DNA from: an uncultured Clostridia bacterium
GTDB lineage: Bacteria; Bacillota; Clostridia; Christensenellales; UBA1242
Reading direction: 5' to 3'
DNA length: 64,000 bases
Assembly: GCA_934749845.1 (NCBI GenBank)
Contig: CAKVHQ010000004.1
Location: 22,667 to 86,666, forward strand
The notes beneath the pieces were generated by a model. That model ran no database searches. It worked only from the letters and a program-made list of their open reading frames with translations, and was not told where the DNA came from. Shown piece by piece: positions 47,629-55,700 of this stretch (position 1 is the stretch's first letter; each line of letters starts with the position of its first letter). A program made the position numbers and the translations under genes.

Positions 47629-47662
47629 TAAAGGCTTACCCAAAAAGTAAGTCTTTATTTTT
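47629..47662 (+). terminator. Intrinsic terminator
   Basis: AAAGGCTTAC pairs with GTAAGTCTTT (one G-U pair), followed by a T-run. Confidence 0.7.
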
Positions 47663-47683
47663 CATGTTTTTATTGGTAAAAAT

Positions 47684-47712
47684 TTGACTATAATTTAGAT
47701 AAATGATAAACT
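47684..47712 (+). promoter_or_regulatory. Sigma-A-type promoter (TTGACT-17-TGaTAAACT)
   Basis: TTGACT lies at 47684-89. The extended -10 lies at 47704-12. Confidence 0.5.
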
Positions 47713-47742
47713 ACATTCTAGTTTTAATATAGGAGATTTAAA

Positions 47743-49152
47743 GTGAAAAAGAAAATTACAAGTTTTTTATTGATTATATTATTGGGCGTGCTTATTTTCA
47801 CAGGTTGTGGATTTACGGCTTTAAAAGGTGGCCCAGCAAAAGCAGACCCTGTAACAAGTAACGGCGGTTTGGTAGTTCAAAAAGGTAGTTACCTTTACTA
47901 TGTTTCTGGCTACACCGAAACAGGTGCTTTAACAGAAGGTAGCAACAAATATGGCAATGTTAAACTATCAGCAATTTATAGGTCACCATTAAATGCAGAT
48001 GGAACAATAAAAAAAGACGAAAATGGAAACAACATAGCAGAAATTTTAGCACCAAAAGTTGTTGGCTTTGAAAATGGCGGTTTTTATATTTTTGGAGATA
48101 AAATTTACTATGCTACTCCTAACACCGAAAAGGGAAATGATGGAAAAATAAATTTTGAAAAAACCGATTTCTATGAATCATCACTTGACGGAACAAATGT
48201 TAGAAGACTTTACAAAACAACAGTTGGTTCAACAAAATTCCAATTTGCTTTCTATCAAGTTGAAAGCGAAGTTTACTTGGCAGTTTACGACAGTGCAGAC
48301 TTGTATGTTGTTAAAGCAAGCGACAAAAGTGTTAACAAAATTGCAACAGGAGTTTCAAGTGTTGTTTTACCAAGATTATTAGAAAATAACACAGTTGAAC
48401 AACCTTCATTACAAGGCTATCAATATTTATACTATACAAGAAATATCGACACAGAAAAAGAATCAGACGAAAGTGCAAAACGAGGCAATGTTTTGGCAAT
48501 GGCAAACATTAAAAGCCAAGAAGAAATTGTTGTTTCATTAAATTCAACCTACGCAGTTAAAGATTTTAAAAACGATACCTTGATTTTCACAAAACGAGGA
48601 CTAAACGAAGAAAATGCTTGCTACTATATGGCAAAGTTTGAAATTGCAAACGAAGAAGCAAATATCAAAATGAGCGATATGGTTCAACTTTCATATCAAG
48701 CATTCTCAACCGACCCAATCGTGTTAGACTTTGAAGATGGTTATAGAGGCATGATAATCAAAAACGAAAGTGGCTATTTAACTTATATTAAAATGCCACA
48801 AGGTGGATTGCCAGTTAGCGAAGTTTTAACAACAGAAACAACTTTAACTCCAATCGCAGTTTATAACAATTATGTGTTTGCATATAATGCAGATAAAGAG
48901 TTATATATGATTAAGTATAACGACCCAGAAAAAGCCTTAATTAAATTAACAAACAAAGACAATGATACACTATCATTTGACATGAATTTGAATGTTGATT
49001 TCAACAATGGATATGTTTATTTCTACAAGAGTTTTACAGGCGATGAAAAATCTGCTTACTACCTTGTAAGATTAGATACAACAAAACTTGAAAATTTTGA
49101 AACCGAACTTGTTGGAACTCTTTTAAAAGAGCATATTAAAACAGAAGAATAG
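47743..49152 (+). CDS. Lipoprotein, probably with a beta-propeller fold (DUF5050-like)
   Basis: A signal peptide is followed by the lipobox FTGC. Y/G-rich blade-like motifs recur (YLYYVSG, FYIFGDKIYYA, YVYFY). The start is GTG, behind AGGAGA. Confidence 0.6.
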   Translation: MKKKITSFLLIILLGVLIFTGCGFTALKGGPAKADPVTSNGGLVVQKGSYLYYVSGYTETGALTEGSNKYGNVKLSAIYRSPLNADGTIKKDENGNNIAEILAPKVVGFENGGFYIFGDKIYYATPNTEKGNDGKINFEKTDFYESSLDGTNVRRLYKTTVGSTKFQFAFYQVESEVYLAVYDSADLYVVKASDKSVNKIATGVSSVVLPRLLENNTVEQPSLQGYQYLYYTRNIDTEKESDESAKRGNVLAMANIKSQEEIVVSLNSTYAVKDFKNDTLIFTKRGLNEENACYYMAKFEIANEEANIKMSDMVQLSYQAFSTDPIVLDFEDGYRGMIIKNESGYLTYIKMPQGGLPVSEVLTTETTLTPIAVYNNYVFAYNADKELYMIKYNDPEKALIKLTNKDNDTLSFDMNLNVDFNNGYVYFYKSFTGDEKSAYYLVRLDTTKLENFETELVGTLLKEHIKTEE

Positions 49153-49157
49153 CACAA

Positions 49158-49186
49158 AAAAAGCACATGAACTTCATGTGTTTTTT
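49158..49186 (+). terminator. Intrinsic terminator
   Basis: CACATG pairs with CATGTG, followed by T6. Confidence 0.7.
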
Positions 49187-49235
49187 CTTGCTTTTAACCT
49201 ATTATATTCTTCCAAAAACTACTTCTACGAACTAA

Positions 49236-49242
49236 TTCGACA
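49236..49242 (-). promoter_or_regulatory. Consensus 0A box (TGTCGAA on the minus strand) upstream of spo0A
   Basis: TTCGACA lies at 49236-49242, about 95-135 nt upstream of the candidate spo0A starts. Confidence 0.4.
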
Positions 49243-49335
49243 AATACCAACAATTTTATATTTTTTTTGCACACCTTTCTGTCTTTTTATTTTTTCAAAA
49301 CTTTGAATAATCTAACAAATTGTGCTAACATTTTC

Positions 49336-50133
49336 ATGTCAAAGAAAAAAGTGACGAAAGGAGAAATTAAAACCGTGGAAAGAAAAATATTGATTATAGA
49401 CGACAATTTGGAAGCAATGAACGGGGTAACTAGGGAACTAGAAAAATCAAACTTATTTAGTGAAATAAGGACTTGTCAAACAGCAGATGAAGGCTTGGAA
49501 ATAGCAAAAAATTTAAATCCAGATATTGTCCTGACCGACATAATTTTAAAGGGCATGGACGGCTTTGAGTTTATGGAAAATTTATCAGGTTTGGGACTTA
49601 AAGCAAAGGTTATTGTTTTGTCCGCTTTAAGCCAAGAAAATTTTATAACAAAGGCAATGAATATGGGTGCTAGTTATTATATGATTAAGCCATGTAAAAA
49701 CGAAGTGCTTATTAAAAGGATAAACGACATTTTAAGTGAAACTGCTGTTAAAGACGCAACTGCAAATCAAGACAAAAAACAACTTCGCGCACTAGAAGAG
49801 AAAATAACCAATATTTTTATCACGGTGGGAATACCTGCTCACATAAAAGGTTATCAGTTTTTAAGAGAAGCAATAAAAATGGCAATTGACAACCCTGAAA
49901 TTATCAATTCAATAACAAAGAAACTATATCCATCTATTGCAGAAAAATTTGAAACAAGCCCAAGTAAAGTTGAACGCGCAATTAGGCACGCAATAGAAGT
50001 TGCTTGGAATAGGGGAAAAATTGAAAATATCAACACACTATTTGGTGTTAAGGTATATTCAAATAATGAAAAGCCAACCAACGGTGAGTTTATTGCATTA
50101 GTAGCCGACAAAATGTTACTTGAAGGCGTATAA
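49336..50133 (+). CDS. spo0A: Sporulation master response regulator Spo0A
   Basis: The receiver domain reads KILIIDDN...VLTDIILKGMDG. The Spo0A-specific C-terminal DNA-binding region reads SKVERAIRHAIEVAWNRG. The start is uncertain: ATG 49336, or GTG 49375, which follows an AAGGAGA SD. Confidence 0.92.
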   Translation: MSKKKVTKGEIKTVERKILIIDDNLEAMNGVTRELEKSNLFSEIRTCQTADEGLEIAKNLNPDIVLTDIILKGMDGFEFMENLSGLGLKAKVIVLSALSQENFITKAMNMGASYYMIKPCKNEVLIKRINDILSETAVKDATANQDKKQLRALEEKITNIFITVGIPAHIKGYQFLREAIKMAIDNPEIINSITKKLYPSIAEKFETSPSKVERAIRHAIEVAWNRGKIENINTLFGVKVYSNNEKPTNGEFIALVADKMLLEGV

Positions 50134-50162
50134 AAATTTTTATAGAAATTGTATAAAAAAAG

Positions 50163-50191
50163 TAGACAATTACATAATTTATGAATATACT
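50163..50191 (+). promoter_or_regulatory. Sigma-A-type promoter (TAGACA-17-TATACT)
   Basis: TAGACA lies at 50163-68 and TATACT at 50186-91. Confidence 0.45.
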
Positions 50192-50226
50192 TATAGCGAT
50201 TTAAAAAAGGGAGAATTTAAGGCTAT

Positions 50227-50787
50227 ATGGCAAAAATCGAATATGTAAGATGTCCACGATGCGAATTAAATTATATCGACAAAAGGGAAAAACTTTGCAA
50301 AGTTTGTAAAATGGAACTAGAAAGCAATCGCCATGAAAACGAAGAAGAAGTTGAACAAGGCATTTGCCCAATTTGCAGAATAAATGTTATCAATGATGAC
50401 GAAGAAATGTGCCCAATGTGCGCTAAAGAAAGAGAAATTCAACAAGCAAACGGAATGACTCATGAAGATGACCCAGATGAAAGTTGGAGATCTTATGTTG
50501 AAAACGATGACACCGAAACAGAAGGCGACGAGATTGGAGAAATGAGTTCTATTCAAGATGAAGATGAACTTATGGACGATATGGGTCTTGATGATGAAAT
50601 TGCCGATGTTGACAATGGCGATGACGAAGAAGATGAAGACGACGATGATTTTAGCGAAGACGACGATTTAGACGATTTCCCAGAAGATTTTGATGATGAC
50701 TATGACGACGATGATGACGAAGAAGATGAAGACGACGATGACGATGATGACGAGTTTTATGGTCAAGATAAAAAGAAAAGAAAATAA
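50227..50787 (+). CDS. Double zinc-ribbon protein with an extreme poly-acidic (D/E) C-terminal tail and a terminal KKKRK patch
   Basis: The zinc ribbons are CPRC..CKVC and CPIC..CPMC. Residues ~80-178 are almost entirely D/E. A GGGAGA SD lies upstream. Confidence 0.7.
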   Translation: MAKIEYVRCPRCELNYIDKREKLCKVCKMELESNRHENEEEVEQGICPICRINVINDDEEMCPMCAKEREIQQANGMTHEDDPDESWRSYVENDDTETEGDEIGEMSSIQDEDELMDDMGLDDEIADVDNGDDEEDEDDDDFSEDDDLDDFPEDFDDDYDDDDDEEDEDDDDDDDEFYGQDKKKRK

Positions 50788-50792
50788 TTTTT

Positions 50793-50818
50793 AAATGCAA
50801 CTTTGGTTGCATTTTTTT
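50793..50818 (+). terminator. Intrinsic terminator
   Basis: ATGCAAC pairs with GTTGCAT, followed by T7. Confidence 0.75.
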
Positions 50819-50856
50819 ATTTAATATATATTAAGTTTAAATTTAACTTAATTGTC

Positions 50857-50862
50857 TATAAT
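50857..50862 (+). promoter_or_regulatory. TATAAT box 6 nt upstream of the veg ATG (candidate leaderless transcript)
   Basis: TATAAT lies at 50857-62 and the ATG at 50869. The intervening TAAGCC contains no SD. Confidence 0.4.
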
Positions 50863-50868
50863 TAAGCC

Positions 50869-51111
50869 ATGAAAGAAGTTAATAGAACAGTTAGCGAAGT
50901 GAAAGATATTATCAATAGCCTTAAGGGCAAAATGGTTAAAATGGCGGTAAATAAAGGCAGAAAACATATTGTAAAGTTTGAAGCAGAAGTTGTTGCAACT
51001 TATCCCAGCGTGTTTACAGTTGAAGCCAGCGAGCCTCAACCTCTTAAAATTATGAGTTACGCCTATACTGAAATTTTGTGTGGAAATGTAAAAATAACTG
51101 CTATTGAATAA
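50869..51111 (+). CDS. veg: Veg protein (biofilm formation stimulator family)
   Basis: The 80-aa product contains ATYPSVFTVE and SYAYTEIL, matching my memory of B. subtilis Veg (ETYPSVF, SYSYADIL). Confidence 0.85.
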   Translation: MKEVNRTVSEVKDIINSLKGKMVKMAVNKGRKHIVKFEAEVVATYPSVFTVEASEPQPLKIMSYAYTEILCGNVKITAIE

Positions 51112-51221
51112 TAAATAAATTAGAGCTTATAATTTTAGGCTTTTTTTATTTTTTCAAAACTGTCATAAATTCAAAATGTTCACTATAAAATATTACTAAC
51201 TAGGTGATAGGGAGGATTTTG

Positions 51222-52742
51222 ATGGAAACAGTTACAATTTCATCAGCATTAAGAAAAAGGATAGGAACAGTCCAAAATGTTGTGGAACAAAGATTAGAAC
51301 CAAAAGATGAACAAACCATTGTTAAAGTACTTGGAGTAGACGCAAAAGCGTATGTTAACAACATCGAAGTGTTGAATGGTGAGGCAAATTACAGCCTTAC
51401 AGTCGTTTTTGATGCGACATATTTAAACCAAAATGGCGAAGTTTGCACAACCAGTGAAAAAACAACCACAAATGGAAAGTTTGAAGACAACACTTTAACA
51501 AGTCAAATGGACCCACTATATAAGGTGGAAATTGTTGATGTTGCAATTTTAAATGCAAACTCAACAGACATTAAGGTGGAAGCCACTGTTGAATTGACTT
51601 TGGATTGCATGGACAATACCGTTTTAGAGCCATATTCAGGGACAGATGAAAATGTTTTGACCAAGCCAGACACAAACACAGTTTTAACAAAATGTGACGC
51701 AGGAAAGGCAACTATCAACATTGTAGATGAATTTGATTTGAAACAAAATGTAAGCAGTGTTTTGTGCAAAGATGCCAGCGTTTGCATTAAGGAAGTTTCG
51801 TCAGGAACGGGCTATTTCACAGTGGAAGGCGAATTATGCTTGAAACTTTATTTGTGCCTTGAAAATGGCGAAGAAAAGACGCATAAAGCCTTCTGTGAGG
51901 TCATTCCATTTAAAGAAGAAGTTGATGCAGAACCAGTAACAAAAGACTGCATAATTGAAGTGTGCCCTTTTGTTAAGTATGACGATATGGTTGTTGCAAC
52001 TAATGACGAAGAGAAAATGAATATTTTAAATGTTGATGTGCCAGTATGTTTAAGATATATTGCACTAAAAACAGAAACAAGAGAAATGCCTTGTGATGCA
52101 TATTCATTAACACATAAAACAAACTTGGTAACTGATACTTTCTTCACAAGTACATTATCCAAAGCAACAGCAAAACATCATTTAGATGGAAGTATCGAAA
52201 TTGCCGAAAATTTGCCAAGAATTAACAAAGTTTTAATGGTTACAGGCGGAAACTTGAATATTACAAATTGCGTGGCAAAAGAAGGCGAAACGGTGGTTGA
52301 AGGAATTTTAACAACTAATGTTGTTTACCTTGCAGATGACGATGATGAAACAACAAATTCAGTTCAAGTGGAACTTCCTTTTGTGGCAAACTTAAATAGC
52401 ATGCAAGTTAGTGATGACGATGAATTGTTTGTTATTGGAGATGTTGGAGAAATTTCTGCAAAAGCAAAAAAAGGTAAGGAAATCAATTTAGATGTTGACT
52501 TAACCTTTATGGTGGAAAGTTACTCTAAAACTCCACAAACATTCGTTAAGGAAGTTATCTTAACCGAAGAATTAGCACAAAATCCATACCCACTTGCAAT
52601 TTATCTTGCTCCAGCAGGCTCAACTCTTTGGGATATTTCTAAACATTTGTGCATTAGGCAAGAACTCATAACAGAACAAAATCCAAACTTAACATTCCCA
52701 CTAGAATCAAATCAAAGCGTTGTGTACTTTTCTCACAAATAA
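51222..52742 (+). CDS. DUF3794-repeat protein with a C-terminal LysM-like domain (SipL/SpoVID-functional-analogue-like spore coat morphogenesis protein)
   Basis: The product is ~506 aa. The C-terminus YLAPAGSTLWDISKHLCIRQELITEQNP fits the LysM pattern. The size and sporulation context resemble C. difficile SipL. GGGAGG precedes ATG 51222. Confidence 0.5.
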   Translation: METVTISSALRKRIGTVQNVVEQRLEPKDEQTIVKVLGVDAKAYVNNIEVLNGEANYSLTVVFDATYLNQNGEVCTTSEKTTTNGKFEDNTLTSQMDPLYKVEIVDVAILNANSTDIKVEATVELTLDCMDNTVLEPYSGTDENVLTKPDTNTVLTKCDAGKATINIVDEFDLKQNVSSVLCKDASVCIKEVSSGTGYFTVEGELCLKLYLCLENGEEKTHKAFCEVIPFKEEVDAEPVTKDCIIEVCPFVKYDDMVVATNDEEKMNILNVDVPVCLRYIALKTETREMPCDAYSLTHKTNLVTDTFFTSTLSKATAKHHLDGSIEIAENLPRINKVLMVTGGNLNITNCVAKEGETVVEGILTTNVVYLADDDDETTNSVQVELPFVANLNSMQVSDDDELFVIGDVGEISAKAKKGKEINLDVDLTFMVESYSKTPQTFVKEVILTEELAQNPYPLAIYLAPAGSTLWDISKHLCIRQELITEQNPNLTFPLESNQSVVYFSHK

Positions 52743-52749
52743 AAACAAA

Positions 52750-52775
52750 AACTCTTGATATTTCAAGAGTTTTTT
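52750..52775 (+). terminator. Intrinsic terminator
   Basis: AACTCTTGA pairs with TCAAGAGTT, followed by T5. Confidence 0.75.
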
Positions 52776-52801
52776 GCTTTCTAATTTAAAAATAAGTTTT
52801 G

Positions 52802-52844
52802 TCGCAATATTTTACATTATTTTTGAAAATATTGCGATTTTTTT
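52802..52844 (+). terminator. Second, very strong terminator-like hairpin (12-bp perfect stem plus T7) just upstream of spoIIR
   Basis: TCGCAATATTTT (52802-13) pairs with AAAATATTGCGA (52826-37), followed by T7 (52838-44). Confidence 0.5.
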
Positions 52845-52881
52845 ATTTATATCGGTCAAAAATTCATTTCGTGAGGTTTTT

Positions 52882-53430
52882 ATGAAAATTTTGAAATGGG
52901 TTTTGTCTGCTTTGTTATTAGTTATAGTTTTGGTGGGAGTTTGTGCTAGCCAAGTTAAAAGTACAACCGAACTTGACACAAGCAACTTGCTTAGAATACA
53001 TATCAGGGCAAACAGCAATGAAGTTGTTGACCAAAATGTAAAATATAAAATTAAAGATGCATTTGTTGAATTTTTAACTCCACTTGTGGCAAATTGTCAA
53101 ACAAAGCAAGACGCAATAAAAATGATAAAGCAAAATTCGACCGAATTGGAAAGTTTAGCGGATAGTGTTTTAAAAAAATATAATTTCGATTATAAAAGTA
53201 AAGTTAAAATTACTAGGGAAAATTTCCCTACAAGAGTTTATGACCAATACACAGTGCCAAGTGGCATTTACGACAGCATTATTGTTGAATTAGGAACAGG
53301 CACAGGTGATAATTGGTGGTGCGTGGTTTATCCTCCACTTTGCTTCACAAATTTTAATGCAAATTCTTCTAATATAGTATATAAAAGCAAAATTATGGAA
53401 ATTATCAATAAGTTTTTTAATAAGGAGTAA
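52882..53430 (+). CDS. spoIIR: Stage II sporulation protein R
   Basis: Motifs LRIHIRANSNEVVDQ and DNWWCVVYPPLCF are present, after an N-terminal signal/TM segment. GTGAGG precedes ATG 52882. The ORF-track start at 52774 spans two terminators. Confidence 0.88.
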   Translation: MKILKWVLSALLLVIVLVGVCASQVKSTTELDTSNLLRIHIRANSNEVVDQNVKYKIKDAFVEFLTPLVANCQTKQDAIKMIKQNSTELESLADSVLKKYNFDYKSKVKITRENFPTRVYDQYTVPSGIYDSIIVELGTGTGDNWWCVVYPPLCFTNFNANSSNIVYKSKIMEIINKFFNKE

Positions 53431-53436
53431 TTTTGC

Positions 53437-54204
53437 ATGGAAAACAAAAAAGATAGTTTAAATCACAAAAAAACTGAAGAAAAACAAAATCAAATACCTG
53501 CCACAACAACAAAGCAAGTTAAAGAAAAAATAAAATTTAACACATCGAAAAACACTTTTGCACTGTTAATTATAACTTTTGTTATCACAGCAATAAGTTT
53601 GTTAAGCGTGTGGGTGAGCGGTGGATTTAACAGAAGTGCTACAATTCAAGTTCAAGCAAGCATGAACACAATAAGGGTTACGCAAGCCAAATTGTATGAA
53701 ATGGGCTACTACTCAAGCGCTATTGATGGGAAATATAGTGCTTCCACAAAAACTGCAATAAAAAGTTTCCAAAAAGATTATAGTTTGCAAGATACTGGCG
53801 AATTAAATCAAGCCACATTAACCGCGCTTGGTGTTTCGGACAGCGAGCAAACTAACTCGGACTTATACTTGCTTGCAAAGTTAATTTATAGTGAAGCAAG
53901 AGGCGAAATTTATACCGGACAAGTTGCAGTTGGAGCAGTTGTTTTAAACCGCGTGGACGATGCAGGCTTTCCAAACACTTTGCAAGGTGTAATTTATCAA
54001 CCATGGGCATTTACTGCCTTGCACGATGGTCAATTTAACCTAGAACCAAATTCAACAGCATATCAAGCAGCACAAGATGCGATGAATGGTTGGGACCCAA
54101 GTTATGGCAGTTTGTACTACTACAACCCAGCAACTGCCACAAGTTCGTGGATATTTACAAGAACAACTGTTGTTGTGATTGGTAACCATGTGTTTGCAAT
54201 ATAA
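53437..54204 (+). CDS. sleB: Spore cortex-lytic enzyme SleB-like (PG-binding domain plus Hydrolase_2 domain)
   Basis: The PG_binding_1-like segment reads IKSFQKDYSLQDTGELNQATLTALG. The catalytic region reads LLAKLIYSEARGE...GAVVLNRVDDAGFPNTLQGVIYQPWAF. Confidence 0.85.
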   Translation: MENKKDSLNHKKTEEKQNQIPATTTKQVKEKIKFNTSKNTFALLIITFVITAISLLSVWVSGGFNRSATIQVQASMNTIRVTQAKLYEMGYYSSAIDGKYSASTKTAIKSFQKDYSLQDTGELNQATLTALGVSDSEQTNSDLYLLAKLIYSEARGEIYTGQVAVGAVVLNRVDDAGFPNTLQGVIYQPWAFTALHDGQFNLEPNSTAYQAAQDAMNGWDPSYGSLYYYNPATATSSWIFTRTTVVVIGNHVFAI

Positions 54205-54218
54205 TTTAAGGAGTTAAT

Positions 54219-55562
54219 ATGAAAGAAGAAACAAAAAATAAAACAAGAACATTTGTTGCTGTTATTGTTGTGCTTGCAATAGTTTCAGGTGTGTTAACCT
54301 TAGGTTACATTGGAAACACTGTTGCAATGGCAAACTATGCCACACAACTTGAAAATAACTATCAACGCTCGGTTTATGAGCTTATGACCGACATAAACAA
54401 CATCGAAACAAATTTATCAAAAGCAGTTGTTTCAACTGGCACAACCACAAGGCAAAAATTATTCAATAATATTTACACTGAATGCACTCAAGCCAACGAA
54501 GATTTATCAAGGCTTCCAATCAATCATGAAAGCGTAAATCAAACCACAAACTTTATTAACCAGATGGGCGGTTTTAGTTATTATGCCGAAAATAAACTAA
54601 AAAATGGTCAAGACTTAAGCGAAGATGATAACAAATCTGTTCAAGAATTGCATAAAATGAGCATTTACATTCAAAAAATCTTAAACGACTTCATGACAAA
54701 AAATAACGGAAAATATAGCATTTTGGCTGATACAAAAAATGTTTCAAACACAAAAAGTTCTTTTGATGAAATGTTTTCTAATATGCAAGCAGAAGGCGTT
54801 GACTATCCAACTTTAATTTATGATGGTCCATTTAGTGAATCGCAAGTTAAAAAAGATGTTAAAGGTTTAACCGGAGAAGAAGTTACAAAAGAACAAGCAC
54901 AAGCAAAACTTGAAAAAATATTTGAAAACAAAAAATATTCTAATCTTGAATATGTTGGAGAAACAAATGGAATTTTTCAAACCTACAACTTCACATTTTT
55001 AGATGAAGAAAAGAAGGAATTTTATGTTCAAATTGCAAAGAAAGGTGGCTTTTTATTAACTGTTTCAAGTTACATTTCAAGCGATAAAGATAGTTTGGAG
55101 TTAACAGAATGCGAGCAAAAAGCAGAAGAGTTTGCTCAAAATTTAGGGCTTGATGTTCATTCCGTTTGGAGCACAAAAGTTACAGGAGTTGCTTATATCA
55201 ACTTAACACCCATTATTGATGGAATAATAATTTATCCAGACATGATTAAAGTTAAAGTTTCATGCGACACCGGCGAGATTCTAGGTTGGGAAGCACAAAG
55301 TTACGCATACAATCATGTTGAACGCAGTTTGTCAAAGGAGATAAGCGAGTCGTCAGCACGAAGCAAATTAAGTAGCATTTTAGAGATAGAAACACAAAAA
55401 CTTGCTTTAATTCCAATTCAGTATGGTGAAGAAACTGTTTGCTACGAATATAAATGTGTTTTAAATAATTCGATTTATTATGTGTATATTAACGCAAAAA
55501 CAGGAGAAGAAGAGCAAATTTTAAAAGTCATTTCAACCACAAATGGAAACTTGCTCATGTAA
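54219..55562 (+). CDS. ypeB: Germination protein YpeB
   Basis: The 447-aa product has an N-terminal TM segment and PepSY-like C-terminal repeats. The gene sits immediately downstream of sleB, as in Bacillus. Confidence 0.8.
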   Translation: MKEETKNKTRTFVAVIVVLAIVSGVLTLGYIGNTVAMANYATQLENNYQRSVYELMTDINNIETNLSKAVVSTGTTTRQKLFNNIYTECTQANEDLSRLPINHESVNQTTNFINQMGGFSYYAENKLKNGQDLSEDDNKSVQELHKMSIYIQKILNDFMTKNNGKYSILADTKNVSNTKSSFDEMFSNMQAEGVDYPTLIYDGPFSESQVKKDVKGLTGEEVTKEQAQAKLEKIFENKKYSNLEYVGETNGIFQTYNFTFLDEEKKEFYVQIAKKGGFLLTVSSYISSDKDSLELTECEQKAEEFAQNLGLDVHSVWSTKVTGVAYINLTPIIDGIIIYPDMIKVKVSCDTGEILGWEAQSYAYNHVERSLSKEISESSARSKLSSILEIETQKLALIPIQYGEETVCYEYKCVLNNSIYYVYINAKTGEEEQILKVISTTNGNLLM

Positions 55563-55565
55563 GCA

Positions 55566-55599
55566 AAAAAGCAACTACTTTTAATGGTAGTTGCTTTTT
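55566..55599 (+). terminator. Intrinsic terminator
   Basis: GCAACTAC pairs with GTAGTTGC, followed by T5. Confidence 0.75.
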
Positions 55600-55650
55600 G
55601 TAAAAAAATGGCTTTTCTTACAATATTTTTCAAAAAATTGTAAAAAATAA

Positions 55651-55679
55651 TTGTATGTGGTTTTTTATTATGCTATAAT
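55651..55679 (+). promoter_or_regulatory. Sigma-A-type promoter (TTGTAT-17-TGcTATAAT)
   Basis: TTGTAT lies at 55651-56. The extended -10 ends at 55679. Confidence 0.55.
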
Positions 55680-55700
55680 TTCTATTCAAAGGAGAAAAGC

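Noticed and set aside
50560-50765. GAT/GAC/GAA-rich repetitive DNA that looks like a microsatellite or tandem repeat.
   Set aside because: It is an irregular codon-level repetition encoding the poly-D/E tail of the zinc-ribbon protein. It is in frame, has no fixed repeat unit and has no spacer structure, so it is not a CRISPR array or a satellite.
52774-52881. A longer spoIIR start at 52774.
   Set aside because: That extension would be translated across two terminator hairpins. ATG 52882 has an SD and gives a normal signal/TM N-terminus.
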